A DNA stretch of 45,746 bases, from IMG/VR virus record IMGVR_UViG_3300030059_000930, positions 1 through 45,746 of that record; one strand, 5' to 3'. Positions 20,403-29,076 of the stretch are shown piece after piece. The DNA is from a virus (taxonomy: Duplodnaviria; Caudoviricetes). Within the stretch, counting starts at the first letter, position 1. Each line of letters starts with the position of its first letter. A model generated the notes under the pieces. That model ran no database searches. It saw only the letters and a program-made list of their open reading frames with translations, and was not told the DNA's origin. The translations under genes were made by a program, and so were the position numbers.

Positions 20403-21184
20403 TGATAATTTATATTCCAACTAGAGGCAGAGCACACGATCAAGTTACCCTGTCATTTTTTCCAGAGGAGATGCGTAAAGAAGTAGTCCTCGTTATTGAT
20501 GATGATGAGGAGCATTTATACAAAGATAAATACGATTGTAAATACATGGTTATCCCTTCATCTATAAAAGGTATATCAGGTAAACGTAAATTTATACACG
20601 ATAACACCACCGACCCTAAGATAGTTATGTTAGATGATGACCTACGTTTTTATATACGTAAATCTCCTACAGACTGGCATTTAAGGTACATGGAACCTGA
20701 AGAGTATCCTGCTTTATTTGGGTTACTGGATAAGTGGCTTGATGACCATGCACATGTAGGTGTTAGTGGTAGAGAAGGTAATAACCGAGTAGAGCACTTA
20801 TCAGTAGAGAATACTAGGTACATGAGAGTACTAGGGTATAACCTAGATATGTTCGAAGGCATTGAGTTAGCTAGAACTGAAGTTATGGAAGATTTTGATA
20901 TAAACCTACAGTTATTGCGTCAAGGTAAAGGTAGTAAAATTAGTTATTATTATGCTCAAGGTCAAAAGTCTTCTAATGCTGCTGGCGGTTGTAGTGAGTG
21001 GCGTACTGAAGAAGTACAGTCAAAAGGTGCTGAATTACTACATGAGCTACACCCTGACTTTGTTAAAATAGTTGAAAAGGAAACTAAAACAGCATGGGGT
21101 GGTGGCATACGTAAAGATGTAAACGTACAGTGGAAAAGAGCATACAATAGTGGTGTAAGTAAACAATCAGGGGAGTTATTTTAA
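20402..21184 (+). CDS. GT-A fold glycosyltransferase, TET-associated (TAGT/GREB1-like) type
   Basis: IYIPTRGR, MLDDDL (DxD), EDFD..LQLL..G, N..GGC motifs. Confidence 0.8.
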   Translation: MIIYIPTRGRAHDQVTLSFFPEEMRKEVVLVIDDDEEHLYKDKYDCKYMVIPSSIKGISGKRKFIHDNTTDPKIVMLDDDLRFYIRKSPTDWHLRYMEPEEYPALFGLLDKWLDDHAHVGVSGREGNNRVEHLSVENTRYMRVLGYNLDMFEGIELARTEVMEDFDINLQLLRQGKGSKISYYYAQGQKSSNAAGGCSEWRTEEVQSKGAELLHELHPDFVKIVEKETKTAWGGGIRKDVNVQWKRAYNSGVSKQSGELF

Positions 21185-22218
21185 TGGATGTAATTAGATG
21201 TAGAAACGTTAATGATGGTTTTATAAAAGCTATGGATATGCTTTCTTTTGATCAAGAAGATATAAAAGAAAGTCGAGTAGGTAACGTAGTAGAACATGAG
21301 TGTGCTGTGAGCACAGTATATGATAAACCTTGGGAAAGAGTTTTATTTGAAGAAGTAAGAGATGCTAATCCATTCTTTCATTTTATGGAGGGTTTGTGGA
21401 TGTTGGCTGGTCGTAATGATTTAACTTTTGTTAAACAGTATAACAATCGTATGAGTGATTATAGTGATGATGGTGAAACACTACATGGTGCTTATGGTTG
21501 GAGATGGATAGACTATTTCCGTGATGGTTCTAGTGTAGCTTTAGGTACTATCAACCAGTTAGAAATCATTATTGAAAGACTAAAGAATGATCCTACCGAT
21601 AGAAGATGCGTGTTACAGATGTGGGATCCCGTAAATGACTTAGATCGTAAAGGCGTAGATGTACCTTGTAACACTACTATTTATTTTAAGATACGTAATA
21701 ACAGGTTATTAATGACAGTTTGCTGTAGGTCTAACGACGCTATATGGGGCACATTCGGGGCTAACGTAGTACATATGTCTATGTTACAAGAATACGTAGC
21801 TAGTGCTATAGATGTAGAAATAGGTGAGTACACTCAAGTTAGTGATAGTTTTCACGCATACACTAAAGTATTTGATGAAATGCATTCTAGGCTAGAAGAG
21901 TCTGACGCTTTTGACTACTATTCAATTAAACATTTTGAGAACCCATATGATAATAAATCCATTAATTATTTCCCTATGTTTAATAGCGATAACATAGAAG
22001 ATTGGAATAAAGATTTAGTAAAATTTTTAGATCGTAAACCTTTTCAAGATATAGAGTTTGATGACGTATTTTTTAGTGATGTAGCTGTGCCTTTACAAGA
22101 TGCATGGTTTTTACATAAGCAAGGTGATACTGATGATGCTATGTCTGAGGTTCAAAACTGTGCTGCTACTGATTGGGCAACCGCTGGTTTTGACTGGTTG
22201 TTGAGGAGGACTAAATGA
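21184..22218 (+). CDS. Thymidylate-synthase-superfamily enzyme, probable dUMP hydroxymethylase
   Basis: GAYG.RW, DPTDRRCV, catalytic PC, RSND..WG...N; the Asn indicates a uracil substrate; divergent from canonical ThyA; context of modification genes. Confidence 0.75.
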   Translation: MDVIRCRNVNDGFIKAMDMLSFDQEDIKESRVGNVVEHECAVSTVYDKPWERVLFEEVRDANPFFHFMEGLWMLAGRNDLTFVKQYNNRMSDYSDDGETLHGAYGWRWIDYFRDGSSVALGTINQLEIIIERLKNDPTDRRCVLQMWDPVNDLDRKGVDVPCNTTIYFKIRNNRLLMTVCCRSNDAIWGTFGANVVHMSMLQEYVASAIDVEIGEYTQVSDSFHAYTKVFDEMHSRLEESDAFDYYSIKHFENPYDNKSINYFPMFNSDNIEDWNKDLVKFLDRKPFQDIEFDDVFFSDVAVPLQDAWFLHKQGDTDDAMSEVQNCAATDWATAGFDWLLRRTK

Positions 22219-22901
22219 GTGATAAAATACATCAATGGTCATATAGTAGATTAGGTACTTTTGAAAAGTGCCCTAAGAAAGCACACTATGCTTACATTAA
22301 ACGTATAAAAGAGCCAGGAAATAAAGCTATGGATAGAGGTAAAGATATCCATACTATGTGTGAAGATTATATAAGAGGTCGTTATGATGAGATACCTAAA
22401 CCTTTAGCTGACTTTGAAGAAGCTTTTGATGCATTAAAAGAACTTCACCTTAAAAGTTACGTGACATGTGAGGGTGATTGGGCTTTTGATAAAGATTGGA
22501 AACCTGCTCCATGGTTTGGTGAAACTACATGGGGTAGGGCTAAAGTAGATGCTTTTGTACACATAGACGGCACAGATACCGCTAGAGTTATAGACTTTAA
22601 AACAGGTAGATATGACGGCAATCAAGAAACACATAGAGAACAGTGTGAGTTATATGGTGCGGTTGTACTAGAACGTATGCCTGAAATTAAAACTATAACT
22701 ACAGAGCTGTGGTATTTAGACCATGGTAAAATAGATAGGTACGAATATAGTGCTGATAACATAGTTCATAAACAAAAGAAGTTAAATGACAGAGCCGTAG
22801 CCATGACAACAGCTACAGAGTTCCCAGCTAAACCTAGTACGTTTGGTTGTAAATGGTGTTACTTTGGTAAGGAGAAAATGTGTAATGACAGATATGAATG
22901 A
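22215..22901 (+). CDS. PD-(D/E)XK RecB/Cas4-like exonuclease
   Basis: WSYSRL..F..CP, KVD...IDFKTG, Q..LY, terminal CKWC......C cluster. Confidence 0.85.
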   Translation: MSDKIHQWSYSRLGTFEKCPKKAHYAYIKRIKEPGNKAMDRGKDIHTMCEDYIRGRYDEIPKPLADFEEAFDALKELHLKSYVTCEGDWAFDKDWKPAPWFGETTWGRAKVDAFVHIDGTDTARVIDFKTGRYDGNQETHREQCELYGAVVLERMPEIKTITTELWYLDHGKIDRYEYSADNIVHKQKKLNDRAVAMTTATEFPAKPSTFGCKWCYFGKEKMCNDRYE

Positions 22902-23385
22902 TTTATTTAATATGATACGTGGTGGAACTATTAAACGTTACCACACACTAGAAACTATAGGTGAGCAATCAGTAGCTTCTCATTCTTGGGGCGTAGCTAT
23001 AATACTACAATATCTTGAGCCTAACGTAAGTAAAGAAGCTATATTAAGAGCTTTAACTCATGACGTAGCTGAACTATTTACTGGTGATATTCCTGCCCCT
23101 GTCAAGTGGGCTAACCCTGATTTAGTAGAAGTATTAAAAAGGATAGAAGATAAGTATGAAAGTGACATAGGCATTAGTTATAAGCTCGACCCAATAGAAA
23201 CTAAGTTGGGTAAACAGGCGGACATGTTTGAGTTACTAGTATTTTGTGTACGTCAAAGGCGTTTAGGTAATACTAATATGAATGAAGTTTTTAGTAACGG
23301 TGTTGAGTTTTTAGCATCAAACGATTTAAACAATAAAGGTAAACAGTTACTGGGTTATCTTATTAAGATATACGGAGGTATATAA
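22894..23385 (+). CDS. HD-domain 5'-deoxynucleotidase (YfbR-like)
   Basis: KRY...QSVASHS, THDVAE.FTGDIP.PVK, ADMFE; start uncertain (22885 or 22894). Confidence 0.85.
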   Translation: MNDLFNMIRGGTIKRYHTLETIGEQSVASHSWGVAIILQYLEPNVSKEAILRALTHDVAELFTGDIPAPVKWANPDLVEVLKRIEDKYESDIGISYKLDPIETKLGKQADMFELLVFCVRQRRLGNTNMNEVFSNGVEFLASNDLNNKGKQLLGYLIKIYGGI

Positions 23386-23678
23386 TGTCGGGTAGTGATT
23401 TTGATAAAATACACGATTTAGGTGTAGGTGATGCAGTAGCTTTGCGTAAAGCTCAAGAAAGTTATGGTGATAGTTGGCGTATGAGAGGTGGCGTAGGTGC
23501 TTTTATGATGCTGGCTCGTAAATGGGATAGGATAGAAAACCAAGCTAAAGATAACGATTATGACGTATTTAAAACTATTGAGATGGATCCTAGTACCAAT
23601 GGTATACTAGATGACATACGTGATTTACGTAGATATCTGTTATTAGTTGAAGCTTATTGTGTCAACACCGATGATTAG
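23385..23678 (+). CDS. DUF1599 / nucleotide-modification-associated all-alpha (MazG-like) protein
   Basis: YGDSW...G.....RKWDRI.N...D...DL..Y pattern. Confidence 0.6.
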   Translation: MSGSDFDKIHDLGVGDAVALRKAQESYGDSWRMRGGVGAFMMLARKWDRIENQAKDNDYDVFKTIEMDPSTNGILDDIRDLRRYLLLVEAYCVNTDD

Positions 23679-24072
23679 AGGTATAACATTTGGGGCGTTT
23701 GATTTATTTCACGCTGGGCATATACTTATGCTGGCTGAAGCTAAAACTGTGTGCGACCATTTAACAGTTTGTATTCAAAAAGACCCAAGCTTAGATAGAC
23801 CAGAAAAAAATGTACCTATACAAAATATAGTTGAAAGACAGATTCAAGTTAAAGCGTGTAGATATGTTGAAGACATATTAGTTTACGAAAGGGAAGAAGA
23901 CTTATTAAATATATTAAGAGGCGTACAGTGGGATATAAGAATAATAGGTGAGGAGTACTATAGAAAACCATTTACTGGACGTGATGAGTTTGGTGTTGAA
24001 AAAATACATTGGAATGAAAGAAAACATGAGTTTTCATCTACGGAGTTGCGTAAAAGATGCCTAGACAAGTAA
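23671..24072 (+). CDS. TagD-like (glycerol-3-phosphate) cytidylyltransferase
   Basis: TFGAFDLFHAGH (HxGH), ER..QV.ACRYV, R.H.FSSTELR. Confidence 0.85.
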   Translation: MIRGITFGAFDLFHAGHILMLAEAKTVCDHLTVCIQKDPSLDRPEKNVPIQNIVERQIQVKACRYVEDILVYEREEDLLNILRGVQWDIRIIGEEYYRKPFTGRDEFGVEKIHWNERKHEFSSTELRKRCLDK

Positions 24073-25943
24073 GTTTATTTATACCAGAGGTGGATTGGAC
24101 TCCTCCTAGTAGTCTACCAGACCTAAGTAATTATAGTGAAGTAGCTGTAGACTTAGAAACATATGATCCACTATTAATGTCTCATGGTCCTTCTTGGGCT
24201 TTTGCTGATACTGGTTATATAACTGGTATAGCTATAGCCACTAAAGATTTTAATATGTACTTTCCTATTCAACATGAAGGTGGTGGTAATTTAGATAAAG
24301 ACTTAGTTATTAAATGGATGACTAAACAAATGAGCCACAGTAACGATAAAATATTTCATAACTCTCTTTATGATATGGGTTGGCTTAAACGTTATGGCAT
24401 AGAAGTTAAAGGTAAAATACAAGACACTATGTTTGCTGCTCCTCTTATAGATGAGAATCAATATAGTTACTCACTCAATAATCTTGGTGAAAAATATTGC
24501 GGTGAAACCAAAGACGAAACTTTACTTATTGAGGCAGCAAATGCTTACGGACTTAACCCTAAAAGTGAAATGTATAAATTACCAGCTAAGTATGTTGGTC
24601 CATATGGTGAAAAAGATGCAGGGTTAACACTACAGTTATGGCAGGTATTTAAAGAGTTAATTAAACTAGAGAACGTAAGTAAGATTTATGCGTTAGAGAC
24701 ATCATTAATACCTATTTTATTAGATATGAGATACACAGGCGTACCAGTAGATTTAGACGTAGCGGAACAAGTAAGTAAAAAGTTAAAGAAAGAGGAAGAT
24801 ACTATTTTGACCTCTATCCATAAAGAGTTCGGTATGAAGCCTGACTTATGGGCAGCACAGTCTATAGCTACAGTATTTGATAGAGCAGGACTAAGCTACC
24901 CACGTACACCTAAAACTAATGCACCATCTTTTGCTGGGGACTGGCTAGAGGCTCATGACCATAAGTTAGCAAACAACATAGTAAGAGCACGTAAGTTAAA
25001 TAAAGCTAGAACTACCTTTATAGATAAGATGATACTAGAACATAATGTTAACGGCAGAATACACGGAGAACTTCATCCTTTACGTAGCGACCGTGGTGGT
25101 ACTGTAACAGGTAGATTCAGTAGTAGTAACCCTAATCTACAGCAAGTACCAGCTCGTAATGATTATATTGGTCCACTCATACGTAGTATCTTTATACCCG
25201 AGAAGGATCATTACTGGGGGTGTTTTGATTATTCTCAACAAGAACCTAGATTAACAGTACACTACGCGTCAGCTACTGAGCAAGAAGGTGCTGAGGATGC
25301 AGTAGATGCTTATCGCAATAAAGACGCAGACTTCCATCAAGTAGTAGCAGACATGGCTAACATAAGTCGTAAAGAAGCTAAGATTATAAACTTAGGATTA
25401 AGTTACGGCATGGGTAAAGACAAACTAGTTAAACAGTTAGATTTGTCAATGCAGGAAGCAGAAATATTATTTGATACATATCATAAAAGAGTACCTTTTA
25501 TCAAAGGTTTACGTGATCAATGTGCTAGGCTTGGTGCTAACCGTGGATACATTACTACCATAGCTGGTCGTAAGTGTAGATTTAATTTATACGAGCCTAT
25601 GAATGATAGGCAACCAGCTTACCCATATGAAAAAGCTGTTACTGAGTATGGTAGTCAAGTTAAAAGAGCTTTTACTTATAAAGCTATGAATAGATTAATA
25701 CAAGGCTCAGCAGCAGATATGACTAAGCAAGCTATGATAGAGTTATACAAAGAAGGTATACTCCCTCATACTCAAGTACATGATGAATTAGATATTTCGG
25801 TTACTGACCCTGACCAGTGTGAGCTTATTATGCAGGTCATGGCAGATTGCACACCTTTATGTGTCCCCAATAAAGTTGATGCAGAGGTAGGTAATAGTTG
25901 GGGAGAAGCTACAGTACATTATAAGGAGTTTTTTAATGAGTAG
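24057..25943 (+). CDS. Family A DNA polymerase with 3'-5' exonuclease domain
   Basis: VDLET ExoI, TVTGRFSS..PNLQQ, DYSQQEPR (motif A), AKIINLGLSYG (motif B), VHDE (motif C). Confidence 0.95.
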   Translation: MPRQVSLFIPEVDWTPPSSLPDLSNYSEVAVDLETYDPLLMSHGPSWAFADTGYITGIAIATKDFNMYFPIQHEGGGNLDKDLVIKWMTKQMSHSNDKIFHNSLYDMGWLKRYGIEVKGKIQDTMFAAPLIDENQYSYSLNNLGEKYCGETKDETLLIEAANAYGLNPKSEMYKLPAKYVGPYGEKDAGLTLQLWQVFKELIKLENVSKIYALETSLIPILLDMRYTGVPVDLDVAEQVSKKLKKEEDTILTSIHKEFGMKPDLWAAQSIATVFDRAGLSYPRTPKTNAPSFAGDWLEAHDHKLANNIVRARKLNKARTTFIDKMILEHNVNGRIHGELHPLRSDRGGTVTGRFSSSNPNLQQVPARNDYIGPLIRSIFIPEKDHYWGCFDYSQQEPRLTVHYASATEQEGAEDAVDAYRNKDADFHQVVADMANISRKEAKIINLGLSYGMGKDKLVKQLDLSMQEAEILFDTYHKRVPFIKGLRDQCARLGANRGYITTIAGRKCRFNLYEPMNDRQPAYPYEKAVTEYGSQVKRAFTYKAMNRLIQGSAADMTKQAMIELYKEGILPHTQVHDELDISVTDPDQCELIMQVMADCTPLCVPNKVDAEVGNSWGEATVHYKEFFNE

Positions 25944-26232
25944 ACGTACAGAAAAAGATGAGATGTATTTTAAAATATTCATGCACACCATGAACAGCGG
26001 AATGACACTAGAAGAGATGGGTATCAAGTATGGGATCAGTAAACAACGTGCTTGGCAGATTGTTAGGTTTAACCATCTAGGCAAAGGAGATTATTACAAA
26101 GGTTATAAGATGTACATGGATAAAAAGTCTGAAATAGACAACACACCTAAAATAGACACAGCAGAAAGAACTGCTAAATTAAGAGAGTGGTTAAACCTTC
26201 AGGATATACGGCTTATTAAAGGTAAATATTAA
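25936..26232 (+). CDS. HTH DNA-binding protein (sigma70 region 4-like)
   Basis: MTLEEMGIKYGISKQRAWQIV. Confidence 0.65.
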   Translation: MSRRTEKDEMYFKIFMHTMNSGMTLEEMGIKYGISKQRAWQIVRFNHLGKGDYYKGYKMYMDKKSEIDNTPKIDTAERTAKLREWLNLQDIRLIKGKY

Positions 26233-26239
26233 GTTTATT

Positions 26240-26273
26240 TTGACTATGCTAGTAAAGATTAACGACCTATAGT
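26240..26273 (+). promoter_or_regulatory. Putative sigma70-like promoter
   Basis: TTGACTATGCT, with TATGCT-N17-TATAGT, upstream of AAGGAG RBS and ORF 26307. Confidence 0.45.
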
Positions 26274-26306
26274 TTAATTAATATAGTTAATTTAAAGGAG
26301 AAAAAT

Positions 26307-26573
26307 ATGTTAGAATTAAACGGTGATATATGGAAAGCTGCAGAGGACGGAGGGCACTACTTAGAGAAGATGCATACTATGCGTATGGTCACAGCTTTAA
26401 TAGGGTTAAGGCTAGAGGCTAATTCTAAAGGTCTTAAGTTTACTAGAATATCTAGCTTTAAGGTTTTAAAAGAATACTTTCATGGTCTTAAGAAAAGTAA
26501 AAAAGCAGCATACGACCAGTTAGTAGAAGCAGGTATCTACGATCACTACACTAATAATGCACCCAGCGTATAA
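26307..26573 (+). CDS. Hypothetical protein
   Basis: AAGGAG RBS, 88 aa. Confidence 0.7.
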   Translation: MLELNGDIWKAAEDGGHYLEKMHTMRMVTALIGLRLEANSKGLKFTRISSFKVLKEYFHGLKKSKKAAYDQLVEAGIYDHYTNNAPSV

Positions 26574-27132
26574 TATAAACTTTGTTTACTTCTTACCTGA
26601 CTCTCCTAGTCGGGTAGTGAAGTTCAATATGACTGAGATGCATAAAGTCAAAGGTGGTGGTGTTCATATAGGAGATCCTATGATGATGTCACCGTCTTTA
26701 GGCATAGTACAAGCTGAACGTTGGTATAAAGAATACACAGGTAAAGCTAAGAAATTTGATACGGCTAAGTGTGGACAGTTTGCCTTATACAAAGTATTAA
26801 TGAAGAAAGCTAAACCTATAACCGAGGATGATATGAAAAATTTATATAAACAACAAAAAGTAGATATACCTAAACCAGATAACCATTGTAAAACTGTACG
26901 TGGTCGTGACCCTTGGGATATAGACTGGTTAATAGAACGTACTGATAAAAACCCTTTAAGTCAAAAAATAAAAAATAGGTTATCTAATTACATAGACGTT
27001 AATAAAGGTAAACCCACTATAGAAGCAATATTAAAATTTACCGAACTAAACATTAACGATATTAAGTATGATATTAAATTAGGTTACATCAAAGCTTACC
27101 GAATAGTAAATGATAAGAAAAAATACAAATAA
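26557..27132 (+). CDS. Hypothetical protein with C-terminal 'D[IL].YD[IL]K.G' domain
   Basis: C-terminal motif shared with ORFs at 31109, 35087 and 35638. Confidence 0.7.
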   Translation: MHPAYNINFVYFLPDSPSRVVKFNMTEMHKVKGGGVHIGDPMMMSPSLGIVQAERWYKEYTGKAKKFDTAKCGQFALYKVLMKKAKPITEDDMKNLYKQQKVDIPKPDNHCKTVRGRDPWDIDWLIERTDKNPLSQKIKNRLSNYIDVNKGKPTIEAILKFTELNINDIKYDIKLGYIKAYRIVNDKKKYK

Positions 27133-27382
27133 TTTTGTCTCTATAGCTGAAGTAGTTTACTACAACCCTGACGCAAACATACACGGACCAATAAGATTAG
27201 ATATACAAGTAGATCTGTCTGAGACTTCAAGTATGCACAAATTTGATTTGCCTAACTGGTTGGAAGTCTATAGAGATCAGATAAGTAAATCAATATTTAA
27301 AGCATCGAAAAACTCTACTGGAGAAAGTAAGTTTCGATTTGTTAGGGTTAAAAAAATACCTTTTTATTCTAAGGTTATTTAG
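27110..27382 (+). CDS. Hypothetical protein
   Basis: 90-aa ORF overlapping the previous gene in the same direction. Confidence 0.5.
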   Translation: MIRKNTNNFVSIAEVVYYNPDANIHGPIRLDIQVDLSETSSMHKFDLPNWLEVYRDQISKSIFKASKNSTGESKFRFVRVKKIPFYSKVI

Positions 27383-27485
27383 GCTTACTGTGAGCCGTTT
27401 TAAGCCTTTGATTACTTAGTTAAATACTAACGCCTTACCTAGTAAATCAAACGGTCTCGACTTATATATTACTTTTTGAATATCC

Positions 27486-27514
27486 TTTACTTATATACCG
27501 AACATTTATATTAT
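27486..27514 (+). promoter_or_regulatory. Putative sigma70-like promoter
   Basis: TTTACT-N17-TATTAT upstream of AGGAG RBS and ORF 27543. Confidence 0.55.
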
Positions 27515-27542
27515 ATAAGGTATATATTAATAGGAGTTAATT

Positions 27543-27758
27543 ATGACAAAAAAGACTTGGGTAGTAAGTTACGGCACTAAATCACTTGACAATAGGTCAG
27601 AAGTACTCTGTTGCGACGAGAGTGAATCAGAAGTATGGTGTAACGTTTTAGATAAAAGGTTTAACCCAGAAACTATTTATGTGTTCACAAGACCAGATGA
27701 TAAAACCCAAGATGCATATTTCTGGAAAGGTGGAGAGGTACTTGTAAATGGAAAATAG
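27543..27758 (+). CDS. Hypothetical protein
   Basis: AGGAG RBS, 71 aa. Confidence 0.7.
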   Translation: MTKKTWVVSYGTKSLDNRSEVLCCDESESEVWCNVLDKRFNPETIYVFTRPDDKTQDAYFWKGGEVLVNGK

Positions 27759-27984
27759 TGCTCAAATACCTATCCCAGACAGATCAGAAACTGCTCATCA
27801 GAAATACCATTTCTATAAATTAAATATAGGTGATCACATGGACATTGAATACAATGAGCCTAAAGAAGCAGCGAAGATACGCGTAGCAGCCAGCAATTAT
27901 GGCATAAGAAATAATAAAACTATGGTCACTAGAACGTATAAAGAAGAAGTACCTTTCATACTTAGAATATGGAGACAGTCTTGA
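27748..27984 (+). CDS. Small putative DNA-binding phage protein
   Basis: IPIP...KY.F..L.IGD...IRVAAS.Y...LRIWR pattern recurrent in phages. Confidence 0.6.
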   Translation: MENSAQIPIPDRSETAHQKYHFYKLNIGDHMDIEYNEPKEAAKIRVAASNYGIRNNKTMVTRTYKEEVPFILRIWRQS

Positions 27985-27988
27985 TCTA

Positions 27989-28480
27989 ATGCTTTGTGCC
28001 TATGTTAAATGTGTAAAACAACGTCGAGAAAAAAGTATTTACTGTAGCGACCGTTGTACATATAAGATGCAGAATAAAAGCAATCAAAAAATGTACAAAA
28101 ATGTTTTTAACAACACAGGTGGAATAAAAGCAATGAGTGGATCTAGTTCTATTAAGCACGACGAGATTTTTGGTGGTGTTAATATGATTTTTGGCACTCT
28201 TGATGACTACCCTATAGACCAAGATATACTAAATGTGGCTATTCATAATCACGACCTTCAGCAAGAAGCTAAAATAGAACATGAACTTTTAGTAATATAT
28301 GACGGTTTTGAACAACTACAACTTTCCCATAAAGAACATTGTGGTGTTGGATTAGCTACGGCAAGTTATCGTAGGCTAAAAGAAAAGAATGATAAAAAAT
28401 ATAAAGAGCGTTTAGAATACCACAGATGCGCACAACGGAAACAAAATGACAAAAGAAAAAGCAAAAAAACTAACTCCTAA
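27989..28480 (+). CDS. Hypothetical protein with N-terminal Cys4 zinc finger
   Basis: CAYVKC...YCSDRC. Confidence 0.6.
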   Translation: MLCAYVKCVKQRREKSIYCSDRCTYKMQNKSNQKMYKNVFNNTGGIKAMSGSSSIKHDEIFGGVNMIFGTLDDYPIDQDILNVAIHNHDLQQEAKIEHELLVIYDGFEQLQLSHKEHCGVGLATASYRRLKEKNDKKYKERLEYHRCAQRKQNDKRKSKKTNS

Positions 28481-28922
28481 ACAAGAAAAATATGCGCAAA
28501 ACGTAGCCAAAGGCATGAAAAAGAAAGATGCTGCAGTTGATGCAGGGTACAGTGAGAAAAACGCTACACGTGCTGGGTATTTATTAGACTCAGAGGCTAA
28601 CCCACTTGTTAAACAAAGAATAGGAGCATTACAAGAAAAAGCTGCAAATAAAGTTGAGCTCAACTTAGCTACCCATCTTACTGATCTGCGAGATATAAGA
28701 GAAGGTGCTGTACGTAATGGTGCATGGTCTGCTGCGGTAACTGCTGAAGTTGCTAGGGGTAAAGCAGCAGGACTTTATGTTAATCGTAGTGAGTTAACAG
28801 TTAATAGAGTTGACACTATGTCAAAAGAAGAAGTGTTAGATAGAATGAAACAAATGTATTATGATACTGGCGGAATACTACCAGCAGGTAAAATCATAGA
28901 AGGAGAAATAGAAGATGAGTAA
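28446..28922 (+). CDS. Terminase small subunit-like protein
   Basis: LTPKQEKY......KKDAAVDAGYS HTH followed by a helical oligomerisation region (A.....GK..GL). Confidence 0.75.
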   Translation: MTKEKAKKLTPKQEKYAQNVAKGMKKKDAAVDAGYSEKNATRAGYLLDSEANPLVKQRIGALQEKAANKVELNLATHLTDLRDIREGAVRNGAWSAAVTAEVARGKAAGLYVNRSELTVNRVDTMSKEEVLDRMKQMYYDTGGILPAGKIIEGEIEDE

Positions 28923-29076
28923 AGGTAGTAAGCGACGTCCTGAAAATACTAACAAGATACTCAAAAGCTGGGATAGAATATTCAAAAAGACACCGAAGAT
29001 CAGTAAGTTAGCAGATAAATTATTAGAGCGTTCGTTACAAAAAAGTGCGGACAAATTATTTAAAAAGGATAAATAA
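28915..29076 (+). CDS. Small basic protein (53 aa, MSKGSKRRPE...WDRIFKK), not in ORF track
   Basis: Fills the gap exactly, overlaps the TerS stop and is TAATG-coupled to the next gene; AAGGAG upstream. Confidence 0.65.
   Translation: MSKGSKRRPENTNKILKSWDRIFKKTPKISKLADKLLERSLQKSADKLFKKDK

Noticed and set aside
22215-22901. Cas4 as part of a CRISPR system
   Set aside because: Stand-alone RecB/Cas4-like exonucleases are routine in phage replication modules; no array or cas1
22894-23678. DatZ/MazZ-type Z-genome (2-aminoadenine) system
   Set aside because: No PurZ/adenylosuccinate-synthetase homolog in the window; the neighbours point to pyrimidine modification
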